35,779 nt of DNA from the NCBI GenBank assembly GCA_964557475.1, contig CAZLAG010000001.1:7575-43353 (forward strand), in the 5' to 3' direction. The translations under genes and the position numbers were made by a program. Below the pieces are notes generated by a model. That model did no database searches. It saw nothing but the letters and a program-made list of their open reading frames with translations, and was not told the origin of the DNA. This document shows, piece by piece, positions 17,667-24,724 of the stretch. How positions within the stretch are numbered: position 1 is the first letter of the stretch; the number at the start of each line of letters is the position of its first letter. The DNA comes from an uncultured Gammaproteobacteria bacterium. GTDB lineage: Bacteria > Patescibacteriota > Microgenomatia > UBA12405.

Positions 17667-18249
17667 TTTAAATAAAAATCAATCAATAGAATCAAACTAT
17701 CAACAAGGTTTTCTTCCACAAAGAAATCAAAAAGATCTTTGGTATCAAGATAGTAGTAGTAGATCTAATTTGTTTCAAATTAATCTCAGTTCAGAAAATA
17801 GAAGAATTTTAAGAAAAACAGATAATTTTTCATTTATTAAAACCAATTTAAAAAATTTTGAATTTAATCTTAATATTCAGAAAGAAATTTTTTCCTGGAT
17901 AAAACAATTAGGTTGGGAATTTCCTATAAGTTCGGTTAAAAAAATATTTACCAATCATATCTTTAATTTTGTCTACACTTGGTATGATGAAAACAATCAA
18001 ATAGTTGCTTATTCAATTTGTTATTTTTCAGAAACTATTAGTCATATTGCTTATGTCTTTTATAATCCCAAATATAACCATAGCAATCTTCCAATTAGAT
18101 TGGTTTTACAAACTATAATTGATAGTCAAAAAGAAAACCTTCAATTTTGTTATCTAGGTCGTTTTTCTTCAGAAACTGGATTTTATAAACGAAACATGCC
18201 CGGATTTGAATATTTTAAAGACAACCAATGGATTCCTTATGAGAAATAA
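17653..18249 (+). CDS. Mini ATE/Bpt-like (arginyl/leucyl-tRNA-protein transferase family, GNAT-like fold) putative aminoacyl-tRNA-dependent transferase
   Basis: The C-terminal half resembles the ATE_C/Bpt consensus: IVAYSICYFSETISHIAYVFYNPKYNHSNL...FCYLGRFSSETGFYKRNMPGFEYFKDNQW versus the remembered pattern SavYtFyDPd...SLG...YLGY...KM.YK..F.P.E....W. The N-terminus YQQGFLPQR...F.LSSENRRILRK resembles ATE_N but lacks its cysteines. Judged by eye only. Confidence 0.5.
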   Translation: MIQFNLNKNQSIESNYQQGFLPQRNQKDLWYQDSSSRSNLFQINLSSENRRILRKTDNFSFIKTNLKNFEFNLNIQKEIFSWIKQLGWEFPISSVKKIFTNHIFNFVYTWYDENNQIVAYSICYFSETISHIAYVFYNPKYNHSNLPIRLVLQTIIDSQKENLQFCYLGRFSSETGFYKRNMPGFEYFKDNQWIPYEK

Positions 18250-18288
18250 TTTTTCTACTTACTATTTACTATTAGCTAATTACTAATC

Positions 18289-19662
18289 ATGCATATTCAT
18301 ATTGTCGGAATCGCCGGAACCATGACAGCACCTTTGGCTGCTAATCTTAAAAAAAGAGGTGTTTATGTCACCGGATCAGATCAAGAAAAAATATATCCAC
18401 CAGTCAGTACTATTTTGAAAAAGTCGGATATATTGATCAATTCGATAGATATCAATACAAATATAGATCTAGCCATTATCGGTTCTTCGTATCTTTCTTT
18501 TGAAAAAACAAAAAAAGAGTTTTATCAAATAAAAAAATTAAAAATTCCATATATCTCGGCCACTAACTATTTAGCTCAAAACTTAATTAAAGAAAATTCT
18601 ATTCTAATTGCTGGAAGCTTTGGTAAAACTACAATTACTAGTTTATTGACTTGGATTTTTATAAAAGCCAAAAAAGATCCAAGTTATATGTTTGGTGGAT
18701 ATCCAAAAAATAAGTTAGAACCTTTAAATTTTTCATCTTCGGATCTATCAATAGTTGAAGCTGATGAATCAATAAATGGACTTGATCGAAAAGCTAAATT
18801 TTTATATTATCCAGTTAAACATTTAATTTTAACTAGCGCCGATTGGGAACATAAAGATTCTTATCCTAACCAAATTAAAAATTTTCAAGCCTTTAAAAAA
18901 TTAATCAATAATATTCCCAGTAATGGAACACTTTTGATTAATTCAAATGGTTATCAAACAAAAAAACTAAGTTTATATTCCAAAGCTAAAGTAATTACTT
19001 ATAACTCTTTTACTTCGGATTATTATATAGAAAATATTGAAATTCATAATCATATTACAAACTTAGTAATTCATACTCCAAAAGGACCTTTAGCAATTCA
19101 AACTACTTTAATTGGTCAGTTTAATTTTGAAAATATTCTAGCAGCAGTTAGTTTGGCTGACCATTTAGGAATTAACTTCCGTATTATTCAAAAGGCTGTT
19201 TTTAGTTTTAAAGGTGTCAAAAGACGTCTTGAATTGATCGATAATTTACACAATATTTTATTTTTTGAAGATTTCGCTCAATCTACCAATCGTATTAAAT
19301 CAACCATAGATGCTTTAAAAACTCATTTTCCAGATAGAAAAATTAAAGTCTTTTTTCAACCTCATGCTTCTTTTACACTTTTTAAAACTAATTTGATTGG
19401 ATTAAAAAAATCATTTAGTAAAGCTGACGAAATTGTATTAGGTCCAATTAGGTTTAATCCAAAAATTGATAAAAAATCTAGAACTACCGCCAAGGATTTT
19501 AAAAATGAAATTGGCTCAAAATTAATTTATATCCCTATCGAAAAAGAAATTAAAGCTTACTATATACATCAATTATCATCAAATGATATCCTTGTTTATA
19601 TGAGTTCTGGTGGCCTATCTGGAAACAAAATTATTAAATCTATTATTAGGCATTTTCGTTAA
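18289..19662 (+). CDS. Mur ligase of the Mpl/MurC family, with Mpl-like signatures
   Basis: MHIHIVGIAGTMTAPLAANLKKRGVYVTGSDQEKIYPPVSTIL parallels E. coli Mpl MRIHILGICGTFMGGLA...VTGSD.NVYPPMSTLL. EADESINGLDRKAKFLYYPVKHLILTS parallels Mpl EADEYDCAFFDKRSKFVHYCPRTLILNN. P-loop AGSFGKTT. Comparison sequences are from memory. Confidence 0.8.
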   Translation: MHIHIVGIAGTMTAPLAANLKKRGVYVTGSDQEKIYPPVSTILKKSDILINSIDINTNIDLAIIGSSYLSFEKTKKEFYQIKKLKIPYISATNYLAQNLIKENSILIAGSFGKTTITSLLTWIFIKAKKDPSYMFGGYPKNKLEPLNFSSSDLSIVEADESINGLDRKAKFLYYPVKHLILTSADWEHKDSYPNQIKNFQAFKKLINNIPSNGTLLINSNGYQTKKLSLYSKAKVITYNSFTSDYYIENIEIHNHITNLVIHTPKGPLAIQTTLIGQFNFENILAAVSLADHLGINFRIIQKAVFSFKGVKRRLELIDNLHNILFFEDFAQSTNRIKSTIDALKTHFPDRKIKVFFQPHASFTLFKTNLIGLKKSFSKADEIVLGPIRFNPKIDKKSRTTAKDFKNEIGSKLIYIPIEKEIKAYYIHQLSSNDILVYMSSGGLSGNKIIKSIIRHFR

Positions 19663-19668
19663 ACATTT

Positions 19669-20997
19669 ATGTCAAGATATATTATTTCTGGCGGCAAAAA
19701 ACTTCAAGGTGAAATTTCAATTCGTGGTGCAAAAAATGCTAGTTATAAACAAATTATTGCTTCTTTACTTTCAGACCAAACAACTCAGCTTACCAATATT
19801 CCTAATATATCAGACATAAAAATAACCGAAAGTATAGCGAAATCTTTAGGATCTGAAATAAATTATTGTGGAGAACATTGTGTTCAAGTTACTACCCCAA
19901 AAATTAAAAATAATACTGTCCCTCAAGGTACTGGTACAAAATCACGCAGTTCATTTATGTTTTCTGCACCACTATTGGCCAGAAATGGTCAGGCTATTGT
20001 GCCCACACCAGGAGGAGATCGTTTGGGTAGTCGACCTCTAGATCGTTTGATCGATTGCTTTTCCAAAATGAATATAAAAACAGAGGAAACGGAAACTAAT
20101 TTAATTTTTAAAACTGAAAAAATTCTTCCAACTCATTATATTTTTAACAAGCCTTCACATACAGTAACTGAAACAGTTATTATGACTGCAGTTTTAACTA
20201 ATGGTGAAACTGTATTAGAAAATTGTGGTCAAGAACCTGAAATTGATGATCTTATTGTTCTTTTAAATAAAATGGGGGCCAAAATTCAAAGAGATTTAGT
20301 AGATCCAGGTAAAATTATAATTCAAGGAGTATCGTCCTTAAAAGGAACCGAACATCAAGTAATCTGTGATCGTAATGAAATTGTTACCTTCGTTTGTGCT
20401 GCTTTAGCTACCAAAGGTAGTGTCAATATTCTCCGAGCTGATCCTAAAACTGTCAAAACATTTTTAGAAACCATTGAAACTATGGGGGCCAAAGTTCAAA
20501 CAGGACAGGAAGAAATTAGTGTCTATTGGGATCAACCTTTAAAGGCTATCAATATAGAGACAGGACCAGAACCTGGCTTTATGACCGACTGGCAAGCCTT
20601 ATTTTCCATATTACTAACCCAAGCTGTCGGCTGTAGTTCAATCATCGAAAAAGTATACCCAAGTCGTTTTCAACATATTGCCAATTTGCAAAAAATGGGA
20701 GCAAAAGTTCAACTATTCAATCCAATGATTGATAATCCAGATACTTATTATCAATTTAATCCTGAAAGTGATAGGCCAGAATTCTTTCATGGTGTGAAAA
20801 TTTACGGACCAACTAAACTCAATCCAACTAATTTTGTTATTGATGATCTTCGAGCTGGAGCTTCTACTACTATTGCCGCATTAGTGGCCCAAGGTACATC
20901 AACTATAGACGGTGTTGAATTTATTGAACGAGGTTACGAAAAATTAGCTGAACGACTTTCTTCATTAGGTGCTAACATTGAATATATAAAAATATAA
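19669..20997 (+). CDS. murA: UDP-N-acetylglucosamine 1-carboxyvinyltransferase MurA (Asp in place of the catalytic-loop Cys)
   Basis: N-terminus YIISGGKKLQGEISIRGAKNAS. The loop PTPGGDRLGSRPLDRL aligns to E. coli LPGGCAIGARPVDLH. C-terminal motif DLRAGASTTIAAL. Confidence 0.92.
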   Translation: MSRYIISGGKKLQGEISIRGAKNASYKQIIASLLSDQTTQLTNIPNISDIKITESIAKSLGSEINYCGEHCVQVTTPKIKNNTVPQGTGTKSRSSFMFSAPLLARNGQAIVPTPGGDRLGSRPLDRLIDCFSKMNIKTEETETNLIFKTEKILPTHYIFNKPSHTVTETVIMTAVLTNGETVLENCGQEPEIDDLIVLLNKMGAKIQRDLVDPGKIIIQGVSSLKGTEHQVICDRNEIVTFVCAALATKGSVNILRADPKTVKTFLETIETMGAKVQTGQEEISVYWDQPLKAINIETGPEPGFMTDWQALFSILLTQAVGCSSIIEKVYPSRFQHIANLQKMGAKVQLFNPMIDNPDTYYQFNPESDRPEFFHGVKIYGPTKLNPTNFVIDDLRAGASTTIAALVAQGTSTIDGVEFIERGYEKLAERLSSLGANIEYIKI

Positions 20998-20999
20998 TT

Positions 21000-22034
21000 A
21001 TGATCCATCTTTATCTAGGTTTATTGTTGTTTTCTTTCTTTATCACCAGTACCTTAGTTGTTCCATTTATTAATCTTCTTTATAAACTCAAATTTCAACG
21101 TCAAAAGCAACAAACTACAGATTTTCAAAATAATCGAACCCCAATATTCGATAAATTTCATAATTTAAAACAGGGAACTCCGGTCGGCGGTGGACTTCTT
21201 ATCATTATTTCTGTCTGTATTATGTTTATTATTTTATTTCCTTTACTCAAATTTTCAAAAATATTTATCTCATCAAACTTTCAAATAAACTACGAATTAG
21301 AAATAATTTTCTTTACTTTCATAAGTTTTGGAATTCTTGGTCTTTACGATGATATTTATAAATTCTTTGGTTTTAAAAAAACTGGTTTTTTTGGTTTAAG
21401 ATTGATTCACAAACTCATACTTCAAATTGTCTTATCTTTAATTATTTCTTTTTTAATTTATTTCAGACTTAAGATTGATTTTTTCTATATACCATTTTTT
21501 GGACCATTACACTTAGGTTTCTTTTTTATTCCAATATCTACATTAATTATTACCGCCTTTACTAATTTTTTTAATATTACCGACGGACTCGATGGATTAT
21601 CATGTGGGTTATTAATGATTGCTCTTTTTGCTTTTTGGTTTTTATCTAATAGCTCGATGGATACTCCTACATCATTATTTTTATCTCTTTGGTTAGGTTC
21701 TTTAATTGCTTTTTTATATTTCAATATCTATCCAGCTCGTATTTGGCTAGGGGATGTTGGTGCACTTTCATTTGGTGCTACATTTGCCGTTATTGCTATT
21801 CTTTTAGGTAAAATAGTTCCTTTAATTATTATTGGTTCTCCATTTATAGTTGAAGGTATGAGTAGCGCTATTCAAATATTTAGTAAAAAATATTTGGGTA
21901 AAAAAATATTTCCTGCTGCTCCTTTACACTTGACTCTTCAAAAAATTGGTTGGGAAGAACCTAAAATTGTCGCTAGAGCCTGGTTGGCTGGTATTATATT
22001 ATCTATTTTTGGACTATGGTTGGGACTAAACTAA
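21000..22034 (+). CDS. mraY: Phospho-N-acetylmuramoyl-pentapeptide transferase MraY
   Basis: Polytopic membrane protein. Motifs: KQGTPVGGG, YDDIYKF, NITDGLDGL and GDVGALSFG. Confidence 0.92.
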   Translation: MIHLYLGLLLFSFFITSTLVVPFINLLYKLKFQRQKQQTTDFQNNRTPIFDKFHNLKQGTPVGGGLLIIISVCIMFIILFPLLKFSKIFISSNFQINYELEIIFFTFISFGILGLYDDIYKFFGFKKTGFFGLRLIHKLILQIVLSLIISFLIYFRLKIDFFYIPFFGPLHLGFFFIPISTLIITAFTNFFNITDGLDGLSCGLLMIALFAFWFLSNSSMDTPTSLFLSLWLGSLIAFLYFNIYPARIWLGDVGALSFGATFAVIAILLGKIVPLIIIGSPFIVEGMSSAIQIFSKKYLGKKIFPAAPLHLTLQKIGWEEPKIVARAWLAGIILSIFGLWLGLN

Positions 22035-22585
22035 TTAAAGAGTTAAAATTAGAAATTAATAAATACGTTGGAATTCCTTATTGGAAAAATGTTTTAAAAG
22101 ACGGCAAAATAATCAAAGAAGGGTTTATGGGCGGAAAGGGGAATGCAAAAGATATTGCTTTAAAAACAGTTGAGTTAGCTAATAACCAAAATTTAAAATT
22201 ACTCAATCTTTCAGAAAAAGAAATTTACAATTTTCAAAAGAAAAATAAAATCGGCATTGATTGTTCTGGATTAGTTTGTCAGTTATTGATCTTTTACGGA
22301 AATTTAATTGGTAAAGACATTAATTTAAATCCACGAAAAACTTCTGCCGATATGCTTACTTCAAAACCATTATCCAAAAAAATTAATAACAACGATATTC
22401 AAACTGGCGATTTAATTCGTCAAAAAAATGGTCATCATGTTTTGTTTGTTGTTGAAAAAAACGATAGTGTTATCACTTATGTTGATAGCTCTAGAGAAAA
22501 TAGAGGTGTTCACTACGGTCAAGCAAAATTAACTGACTCTAATTTTGAAAATCAAGGAATATTTAGATTATTTCTCTTCGACTAA
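22016..22585 (+). CDS. NlpC/P60-family cysteine peptidase-like protein with no signal peptide
   Basis: Motifs: YVGIPY, catalytic Cys in GIDCSGLVCQLL, and His in GDLIRQKNGHHVLFVV. The N-terminus MVGTKLIKELK is hydrophilic, with no signal or TM segment. Overlaps the mraY 3' end by 19 nt. Confidence 0.7.
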   Translation: MVGTKLIKELKLEINKYVGIPYWKNVLKDGKIIKEGFMGGKGNAKDIALKTVELANNQNLKLLNLSEKEIYNFQKKNKIGIDCSGLVCQLLIFYGNLIGKDINLNPRKTSADMLTSKPLSKKINNNDIQTGDLIRQKNGHHVLFVVEKNDSVITYVDSSRENRGVHYGQAKLTDSNFENQGIFRLFLFD

Positions 22586-22732
22586 TTCTCGATAATTTAA
22601 AGGATTAATGGAGGTAATTTCAACCTCAGTTCCACATTCGTTACATTCCAAAATATCACCAACTTCTTCATTACCATTAATAATAATTTCTGCCCCACAA
22701 TCAGGACATACAACTTTCTTTGTTCCTGTCAT
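22568..22732 (-). CDS. 54-aa Cys4 zinc-ribbon protein, LysW-like (amino-group carrier protein fold) but without the EDWGE tail
   Basis: Hand translation of the minus strand gives MTGTKKVVCPDCGAEIIINGNEEVGDILECNECGTEVEITSINPLNYRELVEEK*. It is below the ORF-track size cut-off. It fills the only large gap (190 nt) in the cluster. The pattern CPxCGAE-x12-C-xx-CG-x-E-x-E...PL matches Thermus LysW as I remember it: MVGTCPECGAELRLENPELGELVVCEDCGAELEVVGLDPLRLEPAPEEAEDWGE. Confidence 0.65.
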   Translation of the reverse strand: MTGTKKVVCPDCGAEIIINGNEEVGDILECNECGTEVEITSINPLNYRELVEEK

Positions 22733-22775
22733 ATTTAAAATAAAAAATATATAATTGAGTTAACTAGATCATTAT

Positions 22776-23597
22776 ATGACAAACACACCTTTAGTTAAAA
22801 TAGACAATTTTTATTTAAAAAGGGAAGATCAAAATCCCACTGGATCAGCCAAAGATAGAGCCATTCCATTTCAAATTATTAATCTTAAACAACATGGTTT
22901 TACTAAAGCTGTTATTTCTAGCACTGGTAACGCTGCTATTTCAGCAGCTCATTTTTGCCAACAAAACCAAATTGAATTAACTATATTTTTATCTTCAAAA
23001 GTAAATCAAAAAAAATTATCTCTCTTAAAAAAATTCTCTTCAGAAATTATTTTAACTCCACAGCCAATAAGTGAAGCTTTTAAATATTCTAAAAACAATC
23101 AAACTTATTTACTTCGTCAGTCTACAGATCCATCAGCCCTAATTGGATATCAACAAATTTCTATTGAAATACTAAATGACTTACCTCAAATTACTAGTAT
23201 TTTCATTCCCGTAGGTAGCGGTACCACTCTTTTAGGTATTTCTCAAAAACTTCCTCCAACAGTAAAAATATTTGCTATTCAATCAGCTGCTAATTGTCGA
23301 ATTTCCAAATCATTTGATAAAAATTTTATTCAAGAATCACGTTTAATTACTGACGCATTATCAGCCAAATTTTTTCCCAAAAAAAATGATATTATTTCAG
23401 CCATTAAAAAATCAAACGGATCTGCTTTCACAATTCAAAACAAAGATATTTTATTAGCCAATGAATTTCTTGAATCCAAAAATATCACTACTTCACTCGA
23501 AGGAGCATTAGCCTTAGCAGGCTATCAAAAAGCCATCAATAATAAAATTGAAATTGGACAATTCCCCGTTATTCTTTTGACAGGTGCTAAACGATGA
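22776..23597 (+). CDS. Compact fold-type II PLP-dependent enzyme (threonine synthase-like / Trp-synthase beta superfamily)
   Basis: FYLKREDQNPTGSAKDRA carries the PLP-lysine motif; the Lys codon is at 22851-22853. Other motifs: SSTGNAAISAA, the Gly-rich loop PVGSGTTLLGI and TSLEGALALAG. At 273 aa it is shorter than canonical ThrC. Confidence 0.7.
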   Translation: MTNTPLVKIDNFYLKREDQNPTGSAKDRAIPFQIINLKQHGFTKAVISSTGNAAISAAHFCQQNQIELTIFLSSKVNQKKLSLLKKFSSEIILTPQPISEAFKYSKNNQTYLLRQSTDPSALIGYQQISIEILNDLPQITSIFIPVGSGTTLLGISQKLPPTVKIFAIQSAANCRISKSFDKNFIQESRLITDALSAKFFPKKNDIISAIKKSNGSAFTIQNKDILLANEFLESKNITTSLEGALALAGYQKAINNKIEIGQFPVILLTGAKR

Positions 23598-24724
23598 ATC
23601 TTTTAAACATTCTTCAAGAAAGTAATTATGATTTTTTCTTCATCGGTGTAGATGATTTTTTAAGTATTAACGTCCCAGAATTAAAAAATTTTTATACTCT
23701 AAACCCAAAAAATTTAGATATTAAAATTGATATTAAAAATTCCGGTGTCTTTTTATCAAATCCAAAAGTTATTGAATATATTAAAAAAAAATCTATTCAA
23801 ACTAATCATCAAGTTGTAATTATTCCTTTTAAGCCATCAGGAAAAATAGAACATATCTGCCAAAAAGAAAATTGGATTTATGCTGCTAATCCAGCCAAAC
23901 TCAATCGATTTTTAGAAGATAAAATAAATTTTTCCAATCTTTGTCAAAAATTTAATTTTCCCACTATACCATCTGTAATCGATGATTTTAATCAACAAAA
24001 TTTTCAAAAATATCAACAAATTTTAAATAATAATTTAGTCATTCAAACTCGTTTTGGTTGGGCTGGAAAAAGTACTTTTCATTCGTCAAGTTGGGAAGAA
24101 ATAGAAAATAAAATTCCGATTGACACTCCAGTAAAATTTGCTCCTTTACTATCTGGTTATTCACTTATCAATAATTGTTGTCTTACTTCAAAAGGACTCA
24201 TTCAAAGCCCTCCTGGTCTTCAATATACCGGCTTGTCTCAGTTTACATCAAACCCTTTTACCACAGTCGGTCGGCAATGGCCATCCTATGCACCGGTAAA
24301 TGTTGTTGAAAAAATTAGATCGTTAACTCAAAAATTTTCAGATATTTTAAAAGTAATAAATTATAAAGGTTTTTTTGGTTTAGATTTTTTTATTAGTAAA
24401 GATGAAGTATTTATTTTAGAATGTAACCCAAGGCTTACAGCATCTTTTGAACTCTATCATCAAATTGAAACTAAAAATAATCTTAACTCATTATTTTTAT
24501 TTCATTTATTTTCATTTTTACCACTAAAAATTGAATTTGATATTTCTCAAGAAATTAAAAGATTTTATAATCCAGCTATAATTGGTTCTGAAATCACTAA
24601 AAAAGACAAATTTAACAATACTTGTGGCCGTTACCGTGATTTTATTCCATTCTCACTACAAAGTGACCCTATAGATATTGCCCCATCAATCATCAAATCT
24701 GCCAATGAAACCGACCATATCTAA
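23594..24724 (+). CDS. ATP-grasp superfamily ligase, subfamily unresolved
   Basis: The C-terminal catalytic region YKGFFGLDFFISKDEVFILECNPRLTASF (ECNPR at 24419-24433) resembles CarB-like and ATP-grasp_3/4 motifs (E-x-N-P-R). LVIQTRFGWAGKST looks like a central-domain loop. The ATGA overlap with the PLP enzyme gene suggests translational coupling. Confidence 0.7.
   Translation: MNLLNILQESNYDFFFIGVDDFLSINVPELKNFYTLNPKNLDIKIDIKNSGVFLSNPKVIEYIKKKSIQTNHQVVIIPFKPSGKIEHICQKENWIYAANPAKLNRFLEDKINFSNLCQKFNFPTIPSVIDDFNQQNFQKYQQILNNNLVIQTRFGWAGKSTFHSSSWEEIENKIPIDTPVKFAPLLSGYSLINNCCLTSKGLIQSPPGLQYTGLSQFTSNPFTTVGRQWPSYAPVNVVEKIRSLTQKFSDILKVINYKGFFGLDFFISKDEVFILECNPRLTASFELYHQIETKNNLNSLFLFHLFSFLPLKIEFDISQEIKRFYNPAIIGSEITKKDKFNNTCGRYRDFIPFSLQSDPIDIAPSIIKSANETDHI

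Noticed and set aside
18250-18288. TACT/TATT-rich quasi-repeat in the gap before the Mpl-like gene (tacttactatttactattagctaattactaat).
   Set aside because: It is a short, degenerate, AT-rich low-complexity stretch with no clear periodic unit, dyad symmetry or known operator motif.
22733-22775. A divergent promoter region between the LysW-like ORF and the PLP enzyme gene, with TATAAT at 22750-22755.
   Set aside because: A -10-like hexamer is present, but there is no credible -35 and the DNA is AT-rich. The evidence is too weak to list as a feature.
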